DNA of 62,236 bases, filler included, from Choristocarpus tenellus KU-1152 (GCA_964200185.2; 13 parts of 13 records of this genome joined end to end with filler, not necessarily neighbours in it), one strand, 5' to 3'; shown: positions 39,170 through 53,712, counted from the whole stretch's first letter. Translations and numbers: made by a program. The notes: a model not told the origin generated them from the sequence alone.

Positions 39170-42100
39170 CTTGAATGCAATGGGGATGTCTCTTTGAAGC
39201 CTGTGAGTCTTCCGTCGTCCCCGAAACACATAGTGTTGGCGCTGATTGAGATGTTGTCAAGGAGCAAGCCCCTGCTGCGTAAGGTTTCCTCGATAATATC
39301 CGTTATGCCTGCTGACACAATCAACAGCGGTACCTTCTCTCAAACAAATGCCGTAACACTTGAATTAGACGATAGAGTTAGGGGTCTGGTCTGACAGTAG
39401 GAAGAGGTCACATGGCTGTGAGATAGATACCTATCTCAACCTCGATCTAAGCATTTCTAAAAAGGGCAACATCCTTGCTGTGTCTTACCTATTATTGTGG
39501 GAAGTAACAACCAAGATTTTTATTTCGGTTTCTAGGCACCCTTTCAAAATTTCGTTATTGCGAAATTTCGTTCAGTCGGTCACATCTAACTGCAATTGTC
39601 TTATTCTGCGTATGGTACATACTTCTGAAAATGTAGTCAGCTGAAAGCCTCTCTCAAAATATTCAACTGTTGGCGTCCACATGAAAATTGGGAGGTCTTT
39701 TTCAAGCTCCTGATAGTGCTTCGATTCTTTCGAGGTTGGACCAGGTAAGTGAGGAAGAACATACTTTGTTCTCAGAGAGAGAAGAGGACTAGACACAGAC
39801 AATTGTCAAGTGCAATTTCCAAGACAAAAAAAACAATCTCAAGTTATAAATGCCCTAAGTAAGGAGTCTCTGAGTGGGGAATGTGAGAATCAAGAGGTCA
39901 CGAGGGCTGGTCGCAGCAGTGCTTGCAGATGAGGGGGTGCCGCAAAATAAGAGGGGGGGGGGAGGGGGAGACCAACCAGAGATTAGGCAAGGGCCTACAC
40001 TGCTACAACGACAAAGAAGCGGGACTTGAGTGCCACCAGACAGAATGCTCAAGAGGTTAGGGAAGTTGATGCCAAAGATCAAATGGAGGAACTCAAGTTG
40101 GTCAGTGGAGAGGAGCTTTCTGAGGAGCAGGCACTTGTACTGGTGGTTCAGAATGCTCAAGAGGTTAGGGAAGTTGATACCAAAGATCAAATGGAGGAAC
40201 TCAAGTTGGTCAGTGGAGAGGAGCTTTCTGAGGAGCAGGCACTTGTACTGGTGGTTCTGTGTGACCAGTTTGTCATCTTCAACTATACGGGCCAAACTGA
40301 GGAGATGAAGGATGTTCTCCTGGCAGCGGGAGTGGGATACAAGGAGGTTTTTCGCATTGTGAAGACTTGGAAGGAGAAAGGGGAGATCATTTGCACCCCT
40401 GGGTCTGGGAGGGGATTCTTTGAGTGGACTCCGATCGGAGGTGCTATCTCCTTAATCAGGCCTCGATGACACAGAACTCTTCATCTTCACATAGCATTCC
40501 TTGGGAGATGTTAAATGTGGTCTTCCGTCAGGATTTGATGACCAAGGTAAAGACAAAGTTTGGGGTAGACCTCTAATTGAGGCGTCTGGGTTTCATCCTG
40601 AAGCACTTGGGCGATGTGCAGAGGAGGATTCAAATCAAGATCCTACCACTGACAGAGGAGAGGAAAGCACATATTTGCAGGTTCCTGGTTGAATACTTGG
40701 GGGTCCTTAATGAGGAAGTTATTCAAGGGAGAATTATTACTCAAGTGAGGGATCAGATAAAATCGGGGTGGAACGATGACCCTAACTGGGATCGAATTGA
40801 GCGTGGATGGAAACCAGCATACTGTGTGGCAAGCTGGTTGCCCATGTCTAGAGGGAGATGGTCGAATACACCAAAACAGAGGACAATATACTGGAGCGAG
40901 ACATATTCAACCTCACAGATGTTCCGGATGAGCTGAGAGATACGGACAAGTTAGCAAGACCGATAGATGCTGTAGAGGGGGGAGGGGGAATAGATGAGAC
41001 TCTTGTAGGAGGACTATGAGGTGGAACTTATGGTGGAATATGACAAAAATGGCCACATTGAAGGTGACGAATTTGAGCCTGTACTTTGATAAAGAAGATC
41101 AAAAGACGACCTGGAAATATTAGGAGTACTCCAAGTACATGGAGTACTCTGTGGATTATTTTTCTTCAACTATTCTGTATTGCCAGCCACAACAATTTGA
41201 GCCACAAAAAGCATATGCATTGAGTCCTGAATGAATCGGCACTCCAATGACATAAATTTCGCATCACGAACAGACAAAACAACGGCATAAATATGAAAAC
41301 ACCAAAAATGCTCCCCTCACACAGACAATGCACCCAAATTACACACTTTACTGCAAATCGAAGGTGCTACGACAGATTAATTGATGCATTAGGACATCAG
41401 CTTTCATCCCATACATATTTCATGGAATGAATCAACCTGCAACAAATTTTACAGAGGTTTGAATGCCTCTGGTCTACTCCACATTGTGGGACTGAATATG
41501 TTTTGTCCAAATTTGAACTAAAACAGAACATATCTTGGGTTTCAGGTGGAGTTTGGACCTTGAACCAACTACCTTAGATCCAGGTTGTCCCCACGATTCC
41601 AACTAAAATTCTTCCAGAAGTTTTTTTTAAAATCTAACTTGAATACTACTTCCCTCCATTATAGTGAGTGGGGTAGTATCGCACCCCCCCCCTACCCCCC
41701 CTCCTCCAACAAAGCACGCACATCTCCTTGTGGACTGTTTAAGTGGAAGCAAAATAAGGTCAAAGTGCTTCCTCTTTAAAAGAGAGTGAGAAATGGGGGG
41801 GTTGAATTGCCTTGCTCCTCACCAGCACCTACATATGGTACCACCGTCAACCTATGCCTGTGATCAGGTTAACTCACCCCTAGACTGTGGAGCATCCTCA
41901 GCAGCCCTTCAGTGCCTTCACGGAGGCTTACTTTTGCATCATGCGCCACCATCTGCACCTGAGCTCTGGTAAGGCGGTGCTCTACAAGCAGACCATGGAC
42001 AGACTCCCACCATTCCTCATGGGATGAAAACTGGAGGGCGTATATATATATATACACACACACACCATGGCGGCAGCAGTGGGTGAAGTGTGTGACAGAG

Positions 42101-42433
42101 GAAAAGGATGGGTCACACTCTCTCTATTCTTGCTTGGTTATATTCCTTGATATCATAGGGTAGACCTTTTGGCCAGTGTTAGTTTTGGTTAGTCAAGACG
42201 TTGTCTACTAATACCAAAGATATGTGGGATATCAGATTTTGAATACCATGTCATCAGTCTTGACATTTTTTGCCTTGTGTAATGCGTAAGAGTACGAGAG
42301 AGCACTGAGATTGTGTTGGAGAACAATGAAGCTGGGCCATTTGGTGCATCACAACCCCGGAGTGTGCACCTGCATGTCCCCTCGCATATACGGTCTAAGA
42401 GCCAGCCGCAGCTCTGATGGGAGTGAAGGAGAC
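39170..42433 (-). CDS. Pyrimidine 5'-nucleotidase (NT5C3/UMPH-1-like HAD), internal exons 42433-42370, 42030-41878, 39333-39170
   Basis: ...EEWWESVHGLLVEHRLTRAQVQMVAHDAKVSLREGTEGLLRMLHSLG/VPLLIVSAGITDIIEETLR...ISANTMCFGDDGRLTGFKETSPLHS matches the NT5C3 pattern. The DFD motif exon was not found on this contig. Confidence 0.82.
39990..40940 (+). mobile_element. Degenerate Tc1/IS630-like transposase relic inside the NT5C3-like intron
   Basis: 'EVFRIVKTWKEKGEIICTPGSGRG' (HTH + GR motif) and 'LRRLGFILK...EERKAHICRFLVEY', with frameshifts. An imperfect inverted pair at 39551-39568 and 41254-41270 may mark the ends. Confidence 0.5.
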
Positions 42434-45400
42434 CTGTGAACAGCGCGTGATTGTGCGTATCAGATGCCACAATATATATATAGCATAACAATGAAAATAT
42501 CAATACCAACAGTTGTTAGATATTGAAGTCCTCCAAATACAACTATTAGTATGTAGATAATAACACCATGGGAAAAATCCATGTTGGAATACGAGGCCCC
42601 CCCAAATAGATACTACACTTGTGCCGCAGTTGACACTCAAGGGACAATTAGATTGGTTGGAGGTTCTTGGAGTCTGTGTGCAGCTAAGTGCACAACCGGC
42701 GGTTGGATGACAATATCGTACAAGTCCTATCAAAGAAGCGCCTCCCCTCAATAGCCCACACATCCACCACCACTTCAATGATAACACAGCATCATTAACG
42801 ATCACTTAAATGGCCAGTTAGCATGGAGTTTGTTCACCCTGCAAACGGAACTCTCAAGGACTAAGGCGCCTCACACAGACCACGTGAAAGAGTTGCTCCT
42901 CCTTTCAGAGTGCCCTATGTCATTGTCAAGAATGTGCTTCTTACTCATGTGTAAAAGTAGATTCTGTAAGAAACAATCAGATGATGAAAGAGACTATGTT
43001 TGCATTCTGAACAATAGAAGATAAGTATGGGTTAATGAACTAGAATATGGAAGAGTTCAGGAATAGGAAACATTGTAGCAAGTAATCTGTGACTAGTGAT
43101 CCATGGAATGGGATTGATTTGGTGGCAAGGAACTCCCCCCTTGGTCTTGAAGGCTCACCCCTCCTTTCTCCTTCCTTGCTTCATCTATAACCTGTTCAAC
43201 CCAGTAAGGAATTAATCCAGTCATGTACACACATAAAGTGATGACAAACATCAGCTTCAATAACAGGCACCAACAACTTCAGGCAGCTGACCATCTATGG
43301 GATGACATTATAGTTCAGTTTTGTAATACACTGAGTTATTTCAAGGATGATGATGTGCATGGCCTCGACAGGTTCGTGCATGACAATGAACATCTTCCTC
43401 CGACAGAAACAAAGCCATGATTTGAATAACTCTTGTACATCCCTCAACTTCATACAGATGATGCAAATGAAGCACGCAATTCAACTATTACCAGCCAACA
43501 AAACCAGAGTTAGGCGCAAGATTTAGAGCACCATGAGTTGCGCATTTCGAGACTTGTGCAGTGATTAACAGGGTGCCTTTGCAGAGAGGAGACCATGTCC
43601 CCATCCACACGGCAGACACCATAGGAAGGGGTGTCATAAAAGGACCAAAAATGAAAATAAAATTGTTGGGTTAATGATANNNNNNNNNNNNNNNNNNNNN
43701 NNNNNNNNNNNNNNNNNNNNNNNTTAATTAATTAANNNNNNNNNNNNNNNNNNNNNNNNNNNNNNNNNNNNNNNNNNNNGTAGGTCCTGTCCAGGGTGTG
43801 TACAAGGGGCAGTAGGGGGGAGGGGGTAGTACTATAAGGATTGAGGGAAAAAAAAAACATCCACAACAGACCAAGTACTCAAGTTTGAAAGGTTCCTCTT
43901 CAAAAGGTAACACAGAAACTTCTTGTGATGCTTCTAAAACATGCTAGGGGTGCCATACCATTTCACTCTAGCAAAGAAAAATAGTATATAATCAACATCA
44001 ACAAATTGGAAAACACTAAATAAAACTCACACCAAAACAACCCCTACTGTAACAGCATGAAAAATATTCAAAAGGAAAATTCACCTGAGGCCATCATCAA
44101 GGAAAGCAAAGTTTTCAGTAGAGTAGGCAGCCTCACTCATCATCACCTTTTCATTTGTTCAAGAAAAAGACCGTTGTTATCAATGACAATAAGAGAGAGA
44201 GGAGAGAGAGGAGAGAGAGGCGATCATTACCTTGATATAATTGCATCATTTTTTAGATTCAATTCAGTCCTATGTTCCTGAGACGCTAAACGCATGAAGT
44301 CACATTTCACATCTATGCAAAACACGCCATATAGGGTTTCCACCATACTTAGGTACATACTTCCAAACATGCAAGAGCAGGATCTTTCTGGAAAAACTTC
44401 ATTTACGGGTGCACTCAGCTTCAATAGAATAAAAAACATTGGAACAGGATGGACTCCACACCTGGAAAGATGTGTGTAAATATCACACATATATATTTAC
44501 ACAACATTGTAAATATCACACATACATATATTTACACAATATTGTAAATATCACACGTCGCGTTTATTCACGCCCTACAGCAAGCTTCATGCATAATGCA
44601 TCATATGTGGTAATCGATATCTTTCAAGTGTAATCAGCATCAAGTAATCGATGTTCAAGTGATATTCAGGTGTATCTCCCTCCGCCCCAGAATTTTCCGG
44701 AATAATATTGAAGCACTGTACAAATCTCAGAGAATAGAGTATGAATAATTAAATTCCTTACCTCAGTTCCTTTGTTCTTAACATTACTATTTCTGATTCC
44801 ATCTCAACCGCCACTATCACTTGTACAGGCTGAAACAAGTCTACCCATCCATCTAGATGGACCAAAAAAATAGCACGTCACATACTTGGCATCAGTTTAG
44901 AGGGCTCTACGATCCCAACTCTGTAATACTTCAGTCCGTCCGCCTTCAGTCAAATAATTAGACATCATTAGGGCATTTTACCACACCGACAAATCACAAT
45001 GGTCCCATCTACCACTAGACATCTTAGACCAGTTCTAATACTCTCTCGATAACATATCTGGACCACATCCACTGTATATTGCACCAGTCCATGCCCATCG
45101 GTGAGATCAGGTCTAAGACTCTCTTTAACACATCTGGGCTATGTCTACTTGATACTGTACAAGGTCCATGTTCAAAAAGTGGACAGGGTCTAACGTTCTG
45201 GCATCTGGCATGCCCAGACCACAAGTGGTGAACAGTCTCTTTCCTGGCATGTTCGGACAATGTTCAAACGTTCTGTACTAACCCAACTGTCAAATTCATT
45301 TGGTCACTCTACGAAAAAATGAACAATGTATACAAAATTTCGAAGGTAAACAATTGTTGTATACGCACATAGATAATACTCTTTCCAATCATCTCTGTAC

Positions 45401-47460
45401 TTTCCACTTTCGAAATCATGAAGAAAACATCCACATGCATGTGCAATGAAAATATCAAGAGACTTTGAATGTGTGGGAATGATACAATATGTGATATTTA
45501 TGTAGTTGATTGACAGCGTATCAATATGAAATTTCAATAATCTAAACACGTATATGGGAAATAATACAAAATAACATGTACATATTGAAACAGAGAGCAA
45601 CTTACTATTATATTATATATATATATAGGGTAGATGTGTGCATTGCTGGTGTATGTCATAGAGCTCTGGCACTCTAGGCTATGTAAGCTTTACAGTAGTA
45701 GCATACGATACAAGACACAACACACAAGATACAATTAGAGCAAACAGTGAACAGGGTGCCATGGTCATGACATGGCCATACCCAAGCATCAAATGCATTA
45801 CCTGGTTGACCATAGATAAATTGTTCTAACATAACCAAGTGCATGGCCATCGCTACTTTAACATGAAGGGGGCTCCTGAACAGCCAGGTACAAGTAAGTT
45901 CAAACATGGCCAAGTCCATGGCCATCACCAGTAAACATGATTAGACCTTTTACAACCAACTTCCGACATGACCGAGTCCATGGCAATCAACTGTCTTGAC
46001 GTGGCTCGGCTGCAGGCCAGCCATCGGGTGATGATGGACATGCTAACTGCATAGACTAGTGAAACCTCCTGTTCCACCAAGGTAGACTGTTTAGTCATGC
46101 AACTTTCTGCATCAGTAAAACAGACAGAGGAATGTCAATGTTGGACTCCCCCCACATCCCCCATTACCCCAAACTCAATTCTTACCATATCAATGATGGT
46201 GATTGAGTTGAAGTCATATGAACAGATTTCATACGATTCAGTGCCAGTTGCCTCTGCAAAAGGGTTTGAAGCTGTGGCCGATATCAGGTACTGATCCGTC
46301 TGGACAGTAGGAGGCTTGACACCAGTACCTGACTCACGCATGGTCTCAGTTGCCCCAGACATGAGGACCAGGGTGAAACATATTGTTGAGAAGACGACAA
46401 AGATTCCTGTACACACCAACAATCAGTGTTCCAATATATCCTAGTCAGCTTTGGTTCAACTTAGGGAGGGTGGAGGGGAATTCATTACAAGCAGTGGTTC
46501 ATTGGTTACCTTCAAAGATACTAGATGTGGTTATGGGGTAATCACAAGAAGCTGCAGATTTGTTCATTACTACACCCACATGGATACAACTTGTTCACCT
46601 GTATTCTTCCTAAACACACATAAATAATAAATATATCCCCATAAGTTCCACATTAATTTAAAATAACACTACCCATGCATAGTCTCCTTCAGGAGTATTT
46701 TGAACTAGGCAGGTTTACATGCTTGACATACCATACTCTGATGCTAAGGAGTCCATATCTCAGGTTTAGAGATGCACAACAAGTATACCTAAAGCTCACA
46801 TCCTATAACCTATAACCTATAACCTATAACCTATAACCGCCAAAAAGTAAATCTCATCCTCAGCATCTCAGTCAACAAAAACGAGGATGCTGTTTATGAG
46901 TATGAGCTTGTGCAATATGAACATACATTCACAGCATTCACCACAAACACAGCACGCCAGTGTAGTGGTGCTTGATGTGTGGAACAAATAATAATAATTA
47001 AAGGAGAAAGGTACTCATAAGACCAATAATGACGATAATGACGATAATAATGATAATACTAACGATAATGATGATGACGATAATAGTAAAAACAGCACTA
47101 CCAGCACCACATCTAAGTGAACACTCATCCAAGCGACAATATAACACACATTCTAAAAACATACCATATACACACTCCAACAGCATTGACAATAGAGACT
47201 GAGAAGAAGCCAAAGCGACTAGATGATCACTGAAGCATCAATCCAGCTATTATATATACATACATTATAAATATATATAAATGTACATTCTTTGTGTATT
47301 TATCACACACAGAGAAGCAGACAACAGTGATATTTGGGGGGAAGGGGTACAAACCTTCCCAAAAGAGGATAAAACCTTCCCAAAAAGAGGATAAAACCTT
47401 CCCAAAAAGAGGATAAAACCTTACCCAAAAAGGCACGGAAAGATTGGCTCAAGAGATAAC

Positions 47461-48392
47461 CTGAAGTCTTGCGAACAAAGCCTCCCAAGAACCATAACAC
47501 AACCATGAGCTGGAGGGATCAACACACAAGAGAGAGAGAGAGAGAGGAGACAGATCTGCTAAAACAAAAATCAGGTGGGTGTGGAGACAAGATATCATGA
47601 AAATAAAAAGCAAAGCCAAAGCAACAGCTCTATCTACAAAGAGTCAAAAGTATCTAAGAAAAAAAGAAAAAAAGAAAAGGTTGCATCAGGCATGTCTCTG
47701 ACAAAGGTTCTTGGCATTGAAAGGAATTCCACATGTCAAAGAGCAAGTACGCACATAATAGTACAGGTGGGAACAAAGATCCTTTTCTTTGTGTTCTTCA
47801 AGCGAGTCACAAAACAGTCATTGACTTTGACTCATTTGACTCACTTTGACTCATTTGACTCATTTGACTCATTTGACTCACTTTGACTCACTTTGACTCA
47901 CTTTGACTCACTTTGACTCACTTTGACTCACTTTGACCCAGTTTATTTGATCGATTTGTCACTGTTTTGGACTGCCAACGTTGACTGTGGAGGGTTTCAT
48001 AAATAACACATCGACTAAATAGAAATTAATAAATCAACTATTTTAACTCTCCTCATGTAACAACACACACAAAAGAGCACCTCTAACCCTAACCCTAATG
48101 CAACACCTTCCACAACTATTGCCAACCCTTATCCTTACCCAACACCACCAAGCAGTAAAACAAAACTGCCAATACAAACACACACATACACACACAATAC
48201 ACACACACACACAATACACATATACACAAATTGCACAACCCCTATCTCAAGAGTCCTCACGAAGTAAAAGCCGGTGTAGAGGTGGAAGTAGCAGATAGTA
48301 ACAGCCAACAAGTAGGCAACCACATAGAAGTAGAAGAATGTCACAGGGTGTGCCTGGTATAACTTGGACAGTCTGCTCTCCTCATTCTGGAA
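47461..48392 (-). CDS. Probable exons of an unidentified membrane protein (48392-48261, 47509-47461)
   Basis: AG/GT-bounded and in frame: FQNEESRLSKLYQAHPVTFFYFYVVAYLLAVTICYFHLYTGFYF/LMVVLWFLGGFVRKTS. No family recognised. Confidence 0.4.
47814..47940. repeat. 9/10-bp tandem repeat (C)TTTGACTCA
   Basis: About 12 tandem units. Confidence 0.9.
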
Positions 48393-48487
48393 CTAAAAAC
48401 AGGAATGAAAATGAAATTCAGCAGCAGGGACAGTTGAAGCAATCCAGTCAACATGGCAGTCAGGGAAGAAGAGAGACCAAGACTTCA

Positions 48488-48731
48488 AAATGGTACTTCA
48501 TGTTCACATAAATGGTACTTCATGTTCACATAAATGGTACTTCATGTTCACATAAATGGTACTTCATGTTCACGTAAATGGTACTTCATGTTCACATAAA
48601 TGGTACTTCATGTTCACATAAATGGTACTTCATGTTCACATAAATGGTACTTCATGTTCACGTAAATGGTACTTCATGTTCATGTAAATGGTACTTCATG
48701 TTCACGTAAATGGTACTTCATGTTCACGTAA
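48488..48731. repeat. 22-bp minisatellite AAATGGTACTTCATGTTCACRT x11
   Basis: Near-perfect head-to-tail copies with no spacers. Confidence 0.95.
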
Positions 48732-49581
48732 GGAGTCCTCTCATTCTCAATGAAACTGCACTCATGCGCTAGTGCTGTTGTGACTGTTGTGACTGCGGAT
48801 AGTGCTGTTACTGTAACAGTGGCTTGGACAAAACAGGGTATACCTCGACTACAATACACACATATTATTTTATTACCCTATCACAAGGAGGTGTGATAGA
48901 ATCAGTTTAAAGAGTTCTCCAACAAGGATATAGTAACAAATGGAATGAACAACAACAATTTGCAAACTCCAACCCTGAAGAGAGAGACCCGACAACCAAA
49001 ACAACATTCCAGCTTACTCATAAACATTATGGGCATCACTACATCACATCAATCTCATCACCATTGGAAACAGAATAGAAACAGAATAGAAACATCGATC
49101 TCATCACCCACACCTCTGCCTTCAAGTTTGCCCCCAATCCACATACAAACAAGCAGATTTACGTACTTATTATTTAGTAGAAATTCACAGAGCAATACTT
49201 AAAATGTGAACATCACTTACCTACAAGTAAACATTGCTCATTCCTCACAGCTGGTTTCTAAGAGCTTGAGTCACTATCGCAAACAAGTGATGCAAACCTT
49301 CTACACAATATTTCACACCAATGCTAAAAAAAGAAAGAAAGGCAGATTGATCTTCCCCAGCTATACCTCTGACAACTAGATTGATCAACAGTGCGCTGTC
49401 AAAGAAGGGGGCATCAAAAACTACAGATCAACTGGTCAAACCACCATAAACCGACATGTGTGTGTGTGTACTTGATTATATACTTGATTACATACTCGAT
49501 TATATACTCTTCCCACCTCATCGACCTTCATCCTACCACATGTTACAAAAATTGAAGCAGGTTTCATCCCCTCCTCTGTAG

Positions 49582-49617
<36 letters not shown>

Positions 49618-50233
49618 CCGTGGCGTCGGCGAGCGGCCAGCCCCAACCCAACCCCCCCCACCAGACCCGCTTTCGCNNNNNNNNNNNNNNNNNNNNNNNN
49701 NNNNNNNNNNNNNNNNNNNNTTAATTAATTAANNNNNNNNNNNNNNNNNNNNNNNNNNNNNNNNNNNNNNNNNNNNGGGGGGGGTGGGGGGGTGGGGGAG
49801 GGGGCGTGGGGTGGGGGGGAGGAAGGGCGTGGTGGGGGGGGGGGGGGGGGGGGGGGCATTCTCAACCTTCCCAGAGACAAGTTAACCAAAAAAAAAAGTC
49901 CCTGAAAAAAAAAAGAAATCACCACACAGACCCACAGACCCTTCCGCACACAAAATATGTATTTAAATGAATGACGCAAGAGAGTAAACAGAAACAAATT
50001 AAAGAGTAGAAATTTCAAACAACGAAAAAATGTGAATCTCGTAAATATACAAGAAAAAATATACGTATAATGTACGTCTTGAAAAAACAAGGAGGAAAAA
50101 AAAAAGACAAAAAAAATGAAAATAAACAAAATTTATTCAACTACCTTTCAACACCTAATCAACAAAACAAAAAAATGATCAAGAACACACCTTACAAAAT
50201 ACTCTCAAGAAAGATCCACCCTAATATTCTCAC

Positions 50234-50922
50234 CTTCCACCTCGCAAACGCCTTCTCATAATCCCCAAACTCAGCCAGCAGGAACGTGTCTGGCATAGGA
50301 GGAAGGTCTCCCTCTTCCCCCTCCCCCTCTGCCCCCCTCCCACCATCCTCCTCAGTCCCATCTCCAGCCCCATATCCCACTGGCTTGCCCTTGGCCCCTC
50401 CACCTTCACATTTGATTAGCTGAACACGGAGATACATACAGACAGTACATAGAAGTCGTTGCGCTCCATGCCTCAAGAGATGACAAAAATCTCAACAGGT
50501 TGTACTCAACTACGCCTGTACAAATGGAAAACCTCCACATGATGCATGTGTGAGGGTCACATTCACATTCGCACTTCAATTTTCCAACAAAATACCATCA
50601 CATATTTTTCTTCTTTATTTTAAAAAAACCTAGTACAACACATTGTTCATACCTCCCTACCTGAATCTATATATAATATGCAGATAGATCTGTTCATACC
50701 CCTCCACAAACGGAGATTTTTTTTTTTCATGGAACGAAAAATTCTTTGTTTGCCGTTGAACTTGGCACAAATCGGGAAGTCATTCTTCCAAAAGTCTAAA
50801 AAAAAAGTAAATTTTATTGTTTTGATCCACTTACCTTGTACTTTCCAGAAGAATATTGGACGGATCGTTTGAACAGAGGGTGTGTGTACGATCTCTGGCG
50901 GGAGCTTTTCATTGGTTGTGTG
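50234..50922 (-). CDS. 5' exons of a probable CRAL-TRIO protein (50922-50835, 50419-50234)
   Basis: MKSSRQRS...GKYK/LIKCEGG...DLPPMPDTFLLAEFGDYEKAFARWK|gtgaga. 'FLxAExGDxxxAxxRW' fits the CRAL-TRIO N-terminal domain. Confidence 0.5.
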
Positions 50923-52770
50923 CTGAAAAAGAAAAATTTATTTCTCAATAAAAAGATTTTTGCATTGGTCAGCAGTAGTAATGCATGTGTAACTGTTTTT
51001 TCCGGAAGGTGTTGCGGCAACATTTTTTTTTTTGATACCGTAATTATTTAATTGCAGATTGTCCAAGAAAAGAAGAGTTCCGACGGAAGTAACACGTGTT
51101 TAGTCCCTTTTTTTTAGTCCTCGGGTGAACACACTCTCTATATAGTTTAGCAGAGAGTAGAAGACAACAGGAGCATTAAAAAGGTACAGGAAAAAATAAA
51201 TAAATATATATATATATTTACAATTATAAAGGTATAAAGGTATTGTTGAAAATTTGACAACCCTAACTCTTGTGAGGACCGACAAACACCCAAAATAAAA
51301 AAATACACATAATAATAATAATAACAATAATAGCAACAATTCCTCTGCTCAGTATCAGTTCGAACAGTGGGTGGGGCAATTTACGATGCTCAAAGATGTT
51401 ATCAGATTTCCATCACGTTTATTATGACAGATCTTCCAAAAATCCATGATGAGGTTACCCTAAAATCTCAGCAAGGAAGGCCTTACCCCTTCCCCAACAC
51501 CTATCCCACGTCACCCACTACAAAGCAGCTGCAGGAAAACGCCTTTCCAATACTTTTATTTTTTTGCTGCCCCGTAAGCTGTTCAACCTTACACTGAACT
51601 GAGGAAGTAATTTGCAAAAGCACATTTAACTATTTTTTCAACATTATTACCAAAAGTGCGAACTCACTAATTTTATACACATTTTTTTTTTTAAGTTAAA
51701 ATATAACAAAAAAACCAACTCTCCTCCATACACAAACATACAAATATTTCTTTCCTCACCAATCATGTGCCATGCCACCCTTTCATGTTCAATGCAAGAG
51801 GCCCCTGACCACATTTTAAATAAAAGAGCCACCTATTAATACAATAAAAATAAAACACCTGCCTGTTTCAATCCAACGGGTCGCGCCTTCCAAGGTTACT
51901 TCCAAATAAAATAATAATAAAATAGTAATGAAGCGAATTGTACCGATCGCTTAGATCAAAACTGAAGCCAAAACCGAAAATTGAGAGGGAAACTCTAACA
52001 TCGATATATAATATATATATATATATATATCTTTTCACATGAATGTGCGTTCTGCTCGCAGATATCAGCGAGATTCACACACCACTCAACTTCTGCGCTA
52101 TATACAATAAAGTTGAGTCTTTTTATTCATTATTGTAATGGATTACATCAAATGTTTCCAACATGCATCTGAAAAGTTAACATTCAATTTAACTCTTTGA
52201 TTTAAATCTTCGATTAGTTAACATCCACTGCAGTATATTGTATATATTCTCAGAATATTCTCTCGCCTGACGCTGCTCACCAATGGGTTGCTCCTCCCCC
52301 CCCNNNNNNNNNNNNNNNNNNNNNNNNNNNNNNNNNNNNNNNNNNNNTTAATTAATTAANNNNNNNNNNNNNNNNNNNNNNNNNNNNNNNNNNNNNNNNN
52401 NNNCAGATGAGTAGCCTATGTTTTAACAAGTGTGTGGTCATTCATTGAGACGCTCAAATGAAGAAATTCATCCTCTGTGAAGAGGGTGGTCACTTTGCCT
52501 GAGAAGTATTTCGAAGGATGTTTTTTTCTCTGTTTGTATTGCATCCTGGCGTGTGTCTTACACGTCTTGCAGAGTGAACAGATGTCTTACAGAGGGCAAT
52601 TCCGATCAAGTAAAAAATAAGAATCAACACATGCTGAACCAAATCTCCCTTGTAAAGGAATCAGGGCTGATATGCTTTTAAATTGTGACCCTAACCCCGA
52701 ATCATTTTTTGATATCTTGGGCAACTTTTGCTTTTAAATCATTTTCTGATGTTTGTGGGGAAGTGTTTTT

Positions 52771-52949
52771 GACTGAAAGTATCTCGGGGGGGGTAGGGTC
52801 TACACCAGGGTATCCATTTGGGGCAAAATCAGGAAAGGTGCATTTACATTATCCATGCGACGTATGCAACCAAATCACCCAAAAATCGCGACATGATAAA
52901 ATTGGCCCCCAAATGGACAGCTGCCACCCCTCCTAAGATACTTTGAACC
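52771..52949. mobile_element. MITE subfamily B, complete (179 bp)
   Basis: GACTGAAAGTATCT...AGATACTTTGAACC with inner inverted TCCATTTGGGG/CCCCAAATGGA; flanked by T-runs. Confidence 0.88.
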
Positions 52950-53453
52950 TTTTACTGTTTTGACTTTTAGGGTTTGTGTTAAGAATAGAACCTAACCCTA
53001 ACCCAAAGTGACCAAAGATCAAGAAAACGATCGGCATGGTGATGCCTCTGGTAGATCATCTGGCCTAACAGATACTAACCCATTAGGCTTTTTGTATGTT
53101 TGATACTTCGAAGGTAACTATTTTAGCCCGATATATCTGTTAGGAGTTGTGGCGATGGAGGAAGAAAATGTAGTCACCCACATTTATATCGAAAATATTT
53201 CTTGAGTATGAGTCAATGTACCTTTGATATTAGAGCCGCGTATGCAACTGATAACTTGTGTGAAAAAGAATAAGTAACACGAGGAAGAAAGAAGAAGTCA
53301 AGCTTGAAGCCATATCTAACGTAACTACTGTCTATGAATGATAGTTAGAGACTGTTCCTATACTTCCTATATACTGTGATCTTCTGAGTGAGTTGTGATG
53401 GTGAGCTAATGAGCTAATGATGTAAATGGGACTCGCGACCATTGCAATGGACA

Positions 53454-53712
53454 GAGTCAAAGTATCTTAGAGGGTAGACCCACGTCCGTTTGGGGGCCAA
53501 AATCCAATGTTGCGACTTTGATGAAATTTTGGCAATCGTATTTGTTAGGAAGTGTCAATATTCTTGTTTTGGACAAACCTTTTCGTAAGGTACATATTCT
53601 ACCTACTCCGAAATGTTTCGGAATAGATAAGATCTCGTAACAAACCTGTGGGAAGCCAAGCCCCAAACGGACAAACAGGGCAAAACTCATAGCGTCCAAG
53701 GTACTTTCACTC
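53454..53712. mobile_element. MITE subfamily A, opposite orientation
   Basis: GAGTCAAAGTATCTTAGAGGGT...GGTACTTTCACTC; reverse complement of the 5677 and 21269 copies; flanks ACA/TCA. Confidence 0.9.

Noticed and set aside
37429-42433. Metabolic cluster of glycerol kinase + nucleotidase
   Set aside because: The genes are on different contigs separated by an artificial linker.
42880-43420. Upstream exons of the NT5C3-like gene
   Set aside because: Candidate AG/GT-bounded segments lack the DFD motif and could not be joined convincingly.
48488-48731. CRISPR-like regular repeat (also 11515-11675)
   Set aside because: Head-to-tail units without unique spacers, no cas genes, eukaryotic context.
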